IMG/VR virus record: IMGVR_UViG_3300032272_000038
Span: 1 to 39,685 of that record
Direction: 5' to 3' (one strand)
Length of the DNA: 39,685 nucleotides
Source: a virus
Taxonomy: Duplodnaviria; Caudoviricetes
Shown: positions 26,513 to 34,684 of the stretch, in pieces
How the letters are laid out: the number at the start of each line of letters is the position of its first letter
Position numbering within the stretch: the first letter of the stretch is position 1
Notes under the pieces: model-generated
Databases searched by the model: none
Told to the model about the DNA's origin: nothing
The model's input: only the letters and a program-made list of their open reading frames with translations
Made by a program: the position numbers and the translations under genes

Positions 26513-27772
26513 TCAATGCTCCTTTGGGATGTATGACGGTCGGGCGTCGTCGGGTGTCTCTTGGGCGTTGGCTGGTTCGCGCGGCTTGCCGCGTTCCCAC
26601 CAAGATTTCGCATCGGCCGAGGCGTCGAGGTCGTGAAGCAACGAATGGTCGTGCTTGTGGTACAACAGAGCCTTAGTGTCTTTTACACCCATCTCGTCGA
26701 GCCCTTCGACCTTTATCTTGTCAAAATGTACGAGCATGTGATCTTGACCACCAACGAGGCGCGATGTTCTCAAAACGCATATGCCCCGGTCAGCACTCGA
26801 TCCGAATTGCACCGAGCCGAGAGCATCGGCAACGCGGAATGCTTTTATCGAACCATCGTCGGAATATTTAGACTTCGGAAGATGCGTAACGACAATGAAA
26901 ATAGCTTTCAACTCGGCAGATAGCCGGCGCAACATCCGCATGATTTTTTTAACGTACTGGGTTTCGTTCTCTTTGCGGAAATCGTACTCGTGTTCGAATT
27001 CCGACCACGGGTCGAGCACAAAGAAGTTCGTGCCGAAACGTGCCGCGCAATATCTCGCCCGATCCTCGTACCATGCGAAATTGCGGTCGTGCTGAAACTT
27101 GGCAGGGCTCACCATGACGGAAGACAGCGCGGCGTTTGCTCGACCAATCATCCACGGGGTGGGCTCGTCTTTACCGAACGTGTAATGATTGGTAATCTGT
27201 TTCTTTTGGCTCAAGACGTTGTCTTCCCACGTCGCGAACCAAACGGGTCGAGCCCGGCGTTCGCCGTTGTCGTACAACGCGCCCTCGCCCTCTTGCCATT
27301 TGAGCCCGAGCATTTGCATGAGGGTCGACTTGCCGCAACCGTATGGCCCGGCACAAACGACGACCTCGCCTGATTTTCTCCATTTGATGTTATCGTCGAG
27401 GAAATCGAGACCGACGTCGACGAAGATGCTTTCGTCTGCATCGGGTTGGTACTCGGCAATTGTGTGCGTCTCATCGAAATACGGATCGCGGCTAAGGCCC
27501 TGGATTGCCCCCATCCCCGAGCGGATAGCGTCGTATGCTGTCCCGTTGTCCGGTATGCAGGCATCGTCGAGGTAACTCACGTCGAGGGCTGGCACACCCG
27601 CCTCGATCAACCGTTCGGCCATCGCCTTCGCATCTTCCGAGGCGATGCAAATGTATTTGCCGAGCGGTAACAGATCATCACCACCCTCGGGCGGCAATTC
27701 TCGATAGGTGAGCGCAGCGCTAACCGCTGCGTCCTGTAGGTCGTCGTCGTCGATCAGTAAAAAGCTTTCCAT
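26513..27772 (-). CDS. SF4 (T7 gp4/Twinkle-like) replicative helicase
   Basis: Walker A GPYGCGKST, ATWED, FFVLDPW, IVVTHLPK, GS.QF...AD, terminal K.K. Confidence 0.85.
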   Translation of the reverse strand: MESFLLIDDDDLQDAAVSAALTYRELPPEGGDDLLPLGKYICIASEDAKAMAERLIEAGVPALDVSYLDDACIPDNGTAYDAIRSGMGAIQGLSRDPYFDETHTIAEYQPDADESIFVDVGLDFLDDNIKWRKSGEVVVCAGPYGCGKSTLMQMLGLKWQEGEGALYDNGERRARPVWFATWEDNVLSQKKQITNHYTFGKDEPTPWMIGRANAALSSVMVSPAKFQHDRNFAWYEDRARYCAARFGTNFFVLDPWSEFEHEYDFRKENETQYVKKIMRMLRRLSAELKAIFIVVTHLPKSKYSDDGSIKAFRVADALGSVQFGSSADRGICVLRTSRLVGGQDHMLVHFDKIKVEGLDEMGVKDTKALLYHKHDHSLLHDLDASADAKSWWERGKPREPANAQETPDDARPSYIPKEH

Positions 27773-27808
27773 GTCATAGCCCTTCGTTGTTGTCGTTTCA
27801 CCTAGTCG

Positions 27809-28846
27809 CTACAGTCCGCCGCCGTTTCGGCCGTGTTGCGCCCAATCTGTCGGGCGTTCGCCGTGCGCTGTCAATTGCCCCGGTGACCAGTCGAAGCGGT
27901 CGGCGGGGTTCGATTTCTTAAGCTTCCCCAACCAGAACGGAATAAACTTTTGAGGCTCGACGTTGGCCTCGCCCCTCAAGTCTTCGAAGAACGCAACCGA
28001 TAGACCCGAGCCGTATGTTTTGAACGCTTGAGCAATTGCCTGAATTGCAACAGCCTTGTTCTTGTTGGTCGCCTGCATGAGCCCCGAAATCAGACGCTCG
28101 GTTTCTTTAGCGTCTCCATGCAGTGCCGATGTGATGCTGTCGTATGAATTCACCGGCTTTGGTTTGTCCTGATCTGGAGACACTTCACCCGGTTCTGAGG
28201 GGCTCTCATTTTGGGGCTGATCTGCCTTGCCTGTGAAGTCTTCCAAATCTGTCTGCAAATCAAAAACCGCCTCTTCTTCTTCTTTCTTTCTATTCTTCTT
28301 ATCTTCGGTCACCCCTGGGAGTGACAAAAGCGGGTTATCGGGTGACAAAGTAACGGTTTCGTGATCGGTTTTTTGCCCTTTGTCACCAAAACACGGTGAC
28401 AAAACATTATCTTTGTCACCGCTAGAGGTGACATAAGGGCCGTCTTTGTCACCGCTTACAGTGACAAAAGCCGGCAAATCTTTTGAATTCCCGCCTCTTT
28501 TCCTGGCCCCTTTCACATAGGTCAAGATGGCCTCTTCATAAGTCTGCCCGGTCGTGTAGATGGTGCCGACTTTCCGAGAGCCTCGACGGATGAGCATGAG
28601 GCCCGTCGTCTCGATTGTGTCGGTTGCCTTTTTGATGGTGTTGACGCCGTAACCGGTAATCTCAGCAAGCCGTCGAGCCGACACGGTCGAGCCCGTGCCG
28701 TCATAGTCCATATACGTGCAAATCATCACCCCGAGGTTCTTAGCCCGAGGCGAAAGCAACTCGCTGTCGCGAATAGCCACTTGCAGCGCGTGTCGGTAAT
28801 CAACCCACCGGTCCCCCGGTGGTCCGTTGTCCCCTATGTCAGCCAT
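27809..28846 (-). CDS. Replication initiator (lambda O-like, N-terminal winged HTH)
   Basis: LSPRAK..G..I, VSARRLAEITGYGVNTIKKA HTH; a central xGDK/LSP repeat region encoded by iterons; upstream of the helicase. Confidence 0.75.
   Translation of the reverse strand: MADIGDNGPPGDRWVDYRHALQVAIRDSELLSPRAKNLGVMICTYMDYDGTGSTVSARRLAEITGYGVNTIKKATDTIETTGLMLIRRGSRKVGTIYTTGQTYEEAILTYVKGARKRGGNSKDLPAFVTVSGDKDGPYVTSSGDKDNVLSPCFGDKGQKTDHETVTLSPDNPLLSLPGVTEDKKNRKKEEEEAVFDLQTDLEDFTGKADQPQNESPSEPGEVSPDQDKPKPVNSYDSITSALHGDAKETERLISGLMQATNKNKAVAIQAIAQAFKTYGSGLSVAFFEDLRGEANVEPQKFIPFWLGKLKKSNPADRFDWSPGQLTAHGERPTDWAQHGRNGGGL
28270..28469. promoter_or_regulatory. Putative replication origin: palindromic iterons plus polypyrimidine tract
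   Basis: (TTT)GTCAC-N8/9-GTGAC(AAA) at 28308-28328, 28379-28403, 28412-28432 and 28445-28468; half-site at 28342-28349; CT-only tract at ~28270-28300. Confidence 0.85.
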
Positions 28847-28870
28847 TATAGTTTTCCCCCCTCGACGCCC

Positions 28871-28899
28871 TTGACAGGCATCGGCAACCTGTGTAATTC
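28871..28899 (+). promoter_or_regulatory. Sigma70-like promoter antisense to the initiator leader
   Basis: TTGACA-N17-TAATTC, 25 nt upstream of the initiator ATG on the opposite strand. Confidence 0.6.
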
Positions 28900-28904
28900 A
28901 GTCA

Positions 28905-28978
28905 TCGTTAAGCCTTTCTGCTAGGGTTCTTCACCGGCCCGCCCCTTAATTGGGAACCAGACAGGCGAGGGCTTTTCT
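28905..28978 (+). ncRNA. Candidate counter-transcribed antisense RNA (~70 nt)
   Basis: Follows the promoter above, has no ORF, and ends in a GCCC-GCC...GGC-GA-GGGC stem plus TTTTCT. Confidence 0.45.
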
Positions 28979-29050
28979 AGCGATTGAGCCCTCTTACTTC
29001 GTTGTCTATGAATGCTCGGGGTTCGGTTCGTCACCGAGCCCCGAATTCGT

Positions 29051-29281
29051 TTAGTCTTCCGGGTATGGTGGGGGCAGTTCATCCCCACGCAAAATAATTG
29101 CCATCAAGGTGCGGGTCGGGACGGTCGGTCGGTTCTTACCGTCGGCAAGGTACCGCACCGCCCGCTCGGTAACTCTTAATTTGATCGACGCCTCTTTGAA
29201 TGAGAGCCCCGTGGTTTTCATCCATCGTTTGAACGCTGTCGGCGGCGTCGCCGTTGCGTCGCTGTAACTAATCGCTTCCAT
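29051..29281 (-). CDS. Cro-like HTH regulator
   Basis: FKRWMKTTGLSFKEASIKLRVTERAVRYLADG..P. Confidence 0.8.
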   Translation of the reverse strand: MEAISYSDATATPPTAFKRWMKTTGLSFKEASIKLRVTERAVRYLADGKNRPTVPTRTLMAIILRGDELPPPYPED

Positions 29282-29312
29282 GCCGTGCCGTCCTTTCGTT
29301 GATTTGTGCTAT

Positions 29313-29341
29313 TGCTATCTGAATTGCATTCAAGCTGTCAA
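29313..29341 (-). promoter_or_regulatory. Promoter with a palindromic operator in the spacer
   Basis: Minus strand TTGACA (29341-29336); palindrome TGAAT-TGC-ATTCA at 29320-29332; upstream of the Cro-like gene. Confidence 0.55.
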
Positions 29342-29397
29342 CTCATTTTCGACATTATTTTATGCAAACGCAACTAACTCATTGATTTCCAACGAAA

Positions 29398-29709
29398 CTA
29401 TTTTGCGTCATCGGGGTTGACATAGGGGCTCTTAGGTGCATCGGACCCAGCGCCGGCCGAAACAGCCTCGACTTCCGCCCCTTCGGGTGCGGGTGCGGGT
29501 GTCAGTGCGGCTTTCGAGTGTTTGAGCGCCGAGCGCCGAATGTAAGCGTCGATCGCATAACGCTTGTGTCCGCCGGGTGTGGTGATGCTGTCGATCGTGC
29601 CGGCCGCTGCCCAGCGCCTAAGCGTTTGAACATGCACCCCGAGTATCTCGGACGCTTTGGTTGGCGTCTCGTATCTGCTCGGGTGCGGGTGGGCTCGTGA
29701 TTTGGCCAT
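29398..29709 (-). CDS. MerR/excisionase-type HTH protein
   Basis: TPTKASEILGVHVQTLRRWAAAGTI.S..TPGGHKRY. Confidence 0.85.
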   Translation of the reverse strand: MAKSRAHPHPSRYETPTKASEILGVHVQTLRRWAAAGTIDSITTPGGHKRYAIDAYIRRSALKHSKAALTPAPAPEGAEVEAVSAGAGSDAPKSPYVNPDDAK

Positions 29710-29898
29710 GTGGTGCCCCTTTCGGTTGATGTGCGAATATCGCATAAGACCACGGATGTTGCGTTTGTCGGTCTTTATGGGGAATTGTTAGCACATAATC
29801 GCAGACATGGCAATACCTCCGCCGTTGCCGGCAGAGGGCTGTAAAGGTGTCAAATTGTCACTCTATACCCGCGTTTTGGCGAACGCGCCGGGTGTTGC

Positions 29899-31068
29899 TT
29901 ATGCAGCGACTTGCCCGGGTTTATCCTTGTTTGAGATAAGCCTCAGAACAGGTTCACCGGCTAACGCAACATCGATGTAGTGAACCTTGCCCGATTTCTT
30001 ACGCTCGAAACCCAAGTTTGTCAATTCCTTCCCGAATGCTTGTTGTCGGGTTTCGGGTTGATCGTGTGTGTGCGCCCAGCGCGCATAAGCTGCAAGCAGC
30101 TCGGCCGCCGGCACATGGCAGCCCCGGCGCCGTATAAGGTTCTCGGCTGCCCAGCGCGCAATCGGGCTTGCGTCGGGTGCGACCCGAGCGTCGGGTGCGA
30201 GTGTTTCGGGAACGGGTGTTTCGAGTTCGGGTTCGACTGGCTCGGGTTCTTTGGCGGCCGGCTTGAGGCCGGCGCCGAAGATCATCGGGATCAATGACCC
30301 GGCGAATTCGAGCATGAGCCCGATCACGAACGAAATACCCGCCCTTATACGAATACTCGAATTCGGGTACCCGAGTAACCGCCCGAGTGCCTGGGTTGCC
30401 GGGTCAGTCGCGGATAAGACCGAGACAAGGTTCAGCCCGATAAGTCGAGTTCGTACAACCTGCAAGGCTTGCTCGGTGACAGCTATCTTGGCCGTGCGCT
30501 GGGTGGCCGTGATGGTTGATGATAGTTGCCCCTGTAGTCCTTCGTACGTTTTACAGAATGCGCGTGATGCGGGTAGCGTTGCGTCGGTGCATTTATTGGT
30601 ACGGCCAGCGCTCCATAGTTTGTCTTGTTGCATGGCTCGAATTCGGGCCCGAATTATCTCCATAAGCGGGGCGGATCGGTAGCGACTGAGATCCGCTTTC
30701 AGCTCTGTTTGTTGTGCAAGCAACGACGTGTGCGTCGCTTTCTGAGCGGCGACGGAACCAAGCCGCTCGGCCCGTGTTGTCTCATACAACCCGAAAGCGC
30801 TTGTGATGCTCACAACCGTTGCAACCATCCACAAAAGTACTCCGGCCATAACTGGTCCGGATCGTCCGCCGGCCCGTCCGGTTGTAATCAACCATAGTAG
30901 AAAGCCGGGGATTGCAAGCTTTGCAATGTCGACGATGGCTAGAGCGGCGGCAATGCCGAACCGCTCCCAACCCGCCAAGACGGTTAAGCCATAGATATAG
31001 TTAGCGAAAATAGAGAACAGGCCCAACGGAAACGTGAGCCCGATCATAACAATGATCAGCAGCCGCAT
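29899..31068 (-). CDS. Four-TM membrane protein with coiled coil and C-terminal winged-helix (D5/P4-alpha-like) domain
   Basis: Three N-terminal TMs, a coiled coil with a Cys pair, a fourth TM, a PE-rich linker, then VPAAELLAAYARWA..QQAFGKELTNLGFERKK..YIDVAL. Confidence 0.7.
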   Translation of the reverse strand: MRLLIIVMIGLTFPLGLFSIFANYIYGLTVLAGWERFGIAAALAIVDIAKLAIPGFLLWLITTGRAGGRSGPVMAGVLLWMVATVVSITSAFGLYETTRAERLGSVAAQKATHTSLLAQQTELKADLSRYRSAPLMEIIRARIRAMQQDKLWSAGRTNKCTDATLPASRAFCKTYEGLQGQLSSTITATQRTAKIAVTEQALQVVRTRLIGLNLVSVLSATDPATQALGRLLGYPNSSIRIRAGISFVIGLMLEFAGSLIPMIFGAGLKPAAKEPEPVEPELETPVPETLAPDARVAPDASPIARWAAENLIRRRGCHVPAAELLAAYARWAHTHDQPETRQQAFGKELTNLGFERKKSGKVHYIDVALAGEPVLRLISNKDKPGQVAA

Positions 31069-31211
31069 GGATGGTCTTTCGTTGTCGTTTCACCGCGCAA
31101 ACCTATTGTCCGGGGCTCGTCCGTCGTCCGGGAATAGTCGTCTTTGCTTGTCCACAATATCACACATTAGCCTTTCTGTAAATAATTATTTACATTTTTA
31201 CGCTTTCGACC

Positions 31212-31241
31212 TTGACAAGCACATGCGCGTTGCTGTATTAG
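31212..31241 (+). promoter_or_regulatory. Sigma70-like promoter
   Basis: TTGACA-N18-TATTAG preceded by an AT-rich tract. Confidence 0.5.
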
Positions 31242-31275
31242 TGGCTTGATGTAGGTGACAGAAAGGGCTTCACAA

Positions 31276-31614
31276 ATGACGACTTGCAACGCCAACACAG
31301 CCTCGTATCCGACACCCAAAGAAGTCGACGACAGCCGTCGCCATGCATATGCACACGTTCAATCGCTTGCCGCCGCTCAACTCGAATTATCGGACTTTTA
31401 CGACGCAGCACTCGACGAAGAACGGGCCGAAATGCACGAGACGCTCGCAATGGCTCACCGCGAGGTCGCTTCGCAAATACTCAACCTGTTGCCGGGGATT
31501 GATGCCGCTCGCTCAATTCACGAGGTGCGGCGTCTGCAAGATGCGCTCGGCATGATCAAAACACGCATTGACGCAACATACGAACGGGTGGTCGGAGAAA
31601 CGGCCACGCATTAA
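31276..31614 (+). CDS. Hypothetical protein
   Basis: AAAGGG SD before ATG 31276. Confidence 0.6.
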   Translation: MTTCNANTASYPTPKEVDDSRRHAYAHVQSLAAAQLELSDFYDAALDEERAEMHETLAMAHREVASQILNLLPGIDAARSIHEVRRLQDALGMIKTRIDATYERVVGETATH

Positions 31615-31770
31615 ACCGCCGTGCGTCGCGGCCTCGTGTCAAGGCGCCCGAGCACTCGATCACGGTTTCGTGATTAGTTAAGTGCGTTTGTGCTGTTGCG
31701 TTATTGTGATTTTGTGCTATGTTTAACTCATCGGACGGCATGAAGCCCCCGAAGGTGAAAGGGACTGAAA

Positions 31771-31962
31771 ATGCGACAACTAGCCCACGGCGACTATGAC
31801 ACCGAGACACTGGACAAGCTTTTGACCTCGCAAGTTGAGCGGGCTCGCAACTATAAAAAGAAGCTTTCCAGCGTCACTAAAGCCGACGATTGGCTCGTGT
31901 TGACGTCGATCGCCGAGCGGGTCGAAGAACGTGCCCGCGCTAGATTTCAGTACCAGCGTTAA
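31771..31962 (+). CDS. Hypothetical protein
   Basis: AGGGA SD; followed by a terminator-like hairpin. Confidence 0.55.
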   Translation: MRQLAHGDYDTETLDKLLTSQVERARNYKKKLSSVTKADDWLVLTSIAERVEERARARFQYQR

Positions 31963-31964
31963 TC

Positions 31965-31992
31965 GGGTGGGGCCCTCGGGCCCCGCCTTTCC
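31965..31992 (+). terminator. Rho-independent terminator-like hairpin
   Basis: GGGTGGGGCCC-TC-GGGCCCCGCCT followed by TTCC. Confidence 0.5.
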
Positions 31993-32024
31993 CGCTCAAG
32001 GCAACGAATTCAAAGGTGATAGAA

Positions 32025-32636
32025 ATGCAAGCCATAAACAATCTCGAATGGTCGCCACCCACTGACGTCAAGACGAAGAACGGAATTAGACGACTGCGCA
32101 CTGCCCCGCCCTCCGATGGATTTTGGGCGATGTGGAAAGCACAGAAGAAAAACTTGCAGGGCGATGGATACACAGTCGCCAAGGACGACGTTACGGGCGG
32201 GTTCGTCGTTAAGCATTGGGCTTCCCCGGATGCACACGGCACATTTCCCGCGTCTCAAGAGACGCTCGACCACCCGGCCGTGCGTGCGCTTACAAGCACA
32301 TTCGAGGGCTCGGTGGCTCGTGAACGACCCCGCGATTACCCAAATCGGCCGTTGCCGGAAGTGTACCCGGAGGACTACGACGACCATACGACGCCAATGT
32401 ACCCGCCGAGCCGCGACCACCAACGGCCGCTCGACGGACACCCGAACGCGGTGGCCAAATCGCCTTGGGAATTCCGCCCCGAGCTGCCCCCGCAAGGTTA
32501 TCGAGGTATGGCACCGAGAGACCGTTTCGAGTTCAAGCTCAAGCAAGCCGCAGTCGAGGCGCTTGAGACTGAAATGGTATCTCGGGAAGGGCTGATCGAT
32601 GTCATGCGAGAGATCGCCATGATGCTTAAAAGCTAG
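32025..32636 (+). CDS. Hypothetical protein (Trp-rich N-domain, Pro-rich linker)
   Basis: AAGGTG SD; 203 aa; hairpin after the stop at 32642-32663. Confidence 0.65.
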   Translation: MQAINNLEWSPPTDVKTKNGIRRLRTAPPSDGFWAMWKAQKKNLQGDGYTVAKDDVTGGFVVKHWASPDAHGTFPASQETLDHPAVRALTSTFEGSVARERPRDYPNRPLPEVYPEDYDDHTTPMYPPSRDHQRPLDGHPNAVAKSPWEFRPELPPQGYRGMAPRDRFEFKLKQAAVEALETEMVSREGLIDVMREIAMMLKS

Positions 32637-32689
32637 TAAACGCGGCGGGTTTCGGCCCGTCGCATCAATCACGAGAGAGAGTTCAAAAC

Positions 32690-32896
32690 ATGGCTGCCAC
32701 GAAGAAAGACGACAAACGACAGACGATCCATATGCCGTTCGGAGTTCATGACCAGTTGCGGACGCTGGCGTTCAACGAACGCACCTCGCAACAAGAATTG
32801 CTGCGACAGGGCGTCGACATGCTGTTCGCAGCCCGCGGGGTTTCCTCTTGGGACCAATGCGCGAAAGCGGACCAGAAACAGCCCGAGGTCGAGTAA
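32690..32896 (+). CDS. Ribbon-helix-helix DNA-binding protein
   Basis: QTIHMPFGVHDQLRTLAFNERTSQQELLRQGVDMLF. Confidence 0.8.
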   Translation: MAATKKDDKRQTIHMPFGVHDQLRTLAFNERTSQQELLRQGVDMLFAARGVSSWDQCAKADQKQPEVE

Positions 32897-32940
32897 TGTC
32901 TCCCATGTTCCCGAAGCAAATTTCGGGAACATCAACACCC

Positions 32941-33186
32941 TCATGCCCAGAACTGCCACCAACGCCTAGTCGGCTGAACGTATGGTGTGCCGTCAGCGTA
33001 GCACGCCCCGCCGCGACCGCCTCCGCCCCCCTTAACGTATTGATCTATTTTCACATCATCATCGCACCACACCGGCTTTTCGCGCATTATCTTCTTCAGT
33101 TCCGCGTTCGGCTTTCCGGGTTTCTCAAGATGTTCGGCCAACCGCTTGGCATCTTCTGGCGACAATTTGATCGTGTAGGTTTCCAT
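32941..33186 (-). CDS. DUF1778/TacA-AtaR antitoxin C-terminal-like protein lacking the RHH domain
   Basis: IKLSPEDAKRLAEHLEKPGKPNAELKKIMREKPVW follows the I.LS.ED...F...L.NPP.PN..L..L.....PW pattern; C-terminal RRWWQFW. Confidence 0.6.
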   Translation of the reverse strand: METYTIKLSPEDAKRLAEHLEKPGKPNAELKKIMREKPVWCDDDVKIDQYVKGGGGGRGGACYADGTPYVQPTRRWWQFWA

Positions 33187-33357
33187 CTCACGCTTCCTCT
33201 AGGAATTGTTCCCACCAGTGCCGAATGTTGATACGTACGTGCCGGACGGTCGCGGCCAGCCGCTCAAATAAAATTCCCAATTCTGCATTTCACGCTCCTT
33301 AGTTCAAAATAGGAAACTTACCTCAACTTACAAATAAACCATAAGTAAGCCTCCCAT

Positions 33358-33516
33358 TCATACTTTTTGCGTTGGCGCTTTGCGCCGCTCGGCCTCGATC
33401 AACGCTGCAACAACTTCACTTGGTCGCTTGTCGTGCTTTTCTTGCCAACGATTGATGAGCGCTATCAGTTCGCGCATCGCGGCATCATCAAGGTCGTCGT
33501 AGCTTTCTGCTGCCAC
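33358..33516 (-). CDS. Small hypothetical protein (52 aa, not in the ORF track)
   Basis: GGAGG SD, GTG start, MAAESYDDLDDAAMRELIALINRWQEKHDKRPSEVVAALIEAERRKAPTQKV. Confidence 0.55.
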   Translation of the reverse strand: MAAESYDDLDDAAMRELIALINRWQEKHDKRPSEVVAALIEAERRKAPTQKV

Positions 33517-33525
33517 CTAAGCCTC

Positions 33526-33744
33526 CTATGCATCGTTCTGCTTCATAAATTCGGCCATCTCTAGCGCACATCCACAATAGATGCCGCCAGGGACCGGCGA
33601 GCGGCAGGGTGGCTTGGTTGGGTCACATCCATTATCGCGTTGGACGCGGCGAAACAGCAAGTCTTCAAACTGGTCACGCTGCGCCTTGATGCGGAGCACT
33701 TCCTCGGTCATGCCTTGCCATCTCTGTTCGAACGACATCCCCAT
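33526..33744 (-). CDS. Small Cys-containing hypothetical protein
   Basis: GGGGAGG SD before ATG 33744; C..C..CGC cluster. Confidence 0.55.
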   Translation of the reverse strand: MGMSFEQRWQGMTEEVLRIKAQRDQFEDLLFRRVQRDNGCDPTKPPCRSPVPGGIYCGCALEMAEFMKQNDA

Positions 33745-33760
33745 TTGAGCCTCCCCGTTC

Positions 33761-33994
33761 CTAAAGTTTGTCGGCCTCTTGGCCAAGACGTTGCAACTTG
33801 AGTAGGGCGGCCTCTTTCAGCCTACCTTCCAGGTACGGCGGGATAACGCCGCTACGACGTAAGTCGTCCAACCCTCGCTCAATTAGGTATCGCGCAACAT
33901 CGGTTTGGTCGTTGCCATATCCCCACCCCGTCAAAAACTCTAGCTCAGCACGATGCTGCTTTTGAAGGTCAACCCTCACGCCGCCGTCATGCAT
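33761..33994 (-). CDS. Ribbon-helix-helix-like regulator
   Basis: VRVDL.KQHRAELEFL..WGYG....VARYLIERGL. Confidence 0.55.
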   Translation of the reverse strand: MHDGGVRVDLQKQHRAELEFLTGWGYGNDQTDVARYLIERGLDDLRRSGVIPPYLEGRLKEAALLKLQRLGQEADKL

Positions 33995-34007
33995 TTGACG
34001 CTTCCTC

Positions 34008-34577
34008 TCACAGTTCTCTCTGCGGCCTGCCAGCTTGGCGACCGCGTTTAATTGGATCTATCCCTGCATCACGCTTGGATTGAACGAAATGCCTCCAGAG
34101 CGTTGTGTAACTGATGCCGGACGCATCCTCTATTTCACTGTTCGTAGCAGTGCTGCGCCACATAGCTTCACAATCATTCAAGTCTTCTATGTCGTACCCG
34201 CGCCCGCCACCCGCTTGACCGGATCGCTTGGCGTCTTCTGGCGATATGTCCCGCTGTCGCATGTGGAGCACAGCAAGCACCTGATCCCGGCAGTCTGCGG
34301 TTATCTCTACGCTACTCGCCGCGTCCAGGATCGTTGCACCGCCAGCCAGCACAGCGTCGATAACTCGAATGCGCTCTGAGCGGTTACTTGCCAATGCGTC
34401 CAGCGTCGGGACGATCAACACGCGACCGGGGCGTGACATCATTCGTATCACATCGTCAGTCGTTTGCTCGTCAGCATACCAGAGCCGCGTTGGATTATGC
34501 ACAGCAACGGCCCGCTCTTGCGTTGTGCGTCGTGACCGTCGCGTGGGTCGGATGTATGCTAGACGTAATGATTGCAT
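34008..34577 (-). CDS. Catalytically degenerate serine-resolvase homologue with C-terminal HTH
   Basis: AYIRPT (vs GYARVS), RPGRVLIVPTLDALASN (vs RDGDTLIVTRIDRLARS), HTH NSEIEDASGISYTTLWRHF. Confidence 0.7.
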   Translation of the reverse strand: MQSLRLAYIRPTRRSRRTTQERAVAVHNPTRLWYADEQTTDDVIRMMSRPGRVLIVPTLDALASNRSERIRVIDAVLAGGATILDAASSVEITADCRDQVLAVLHMRQRDISPEDAKRSGQAGGGRGYDIEDLNDCEAMWRSTATNSEIEDASGISYTTLWRHFVQSKRDAGIDPIKRGRQAGRPQREL

Positions 34578-34609
34578 GAGCTATTGAGTAGCACGATAAA
34601 AATAATTGC

Positions 34610-34655
34610 GCAACATGCATTTTAGTGTTGCAAAGATTTGTAGGGCGTGTATATT
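34610..34655 (+). promoter_or_regulatory. Divergent promoter region with an inverted-repeat operator
   Basis: GCAACA-N10-TGTTGC (34610-34631) overlaps the -35 of TTGCAA-N16-TATATT (34628-34655); AT-rich. Confidence 0.55.
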
Positions 34656-34684
34656 TAAATCATCGGAACACAGGGAGAGACGAC

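Noticed and set aside
28308-28469. CRISPR-like mini-array
   Set aside because: Repeats are short palindromes with 8-9 nt cores inside a coding gene; they fit iterons, and no cas genes are present.
29398-29709. IS607-family element (HTH resembles the TnpA N-terminus)
   Set aside because: No fused resolvase domain and no tnpB; the resolvase at 36144 has its own C-terminal HTH.
33200-33290. 29-codon ORF with AAGGAG SD (MQNWEFYLSGW...)
   Set aside because: Too short to support without homologues; may be a frameshifted remnant.
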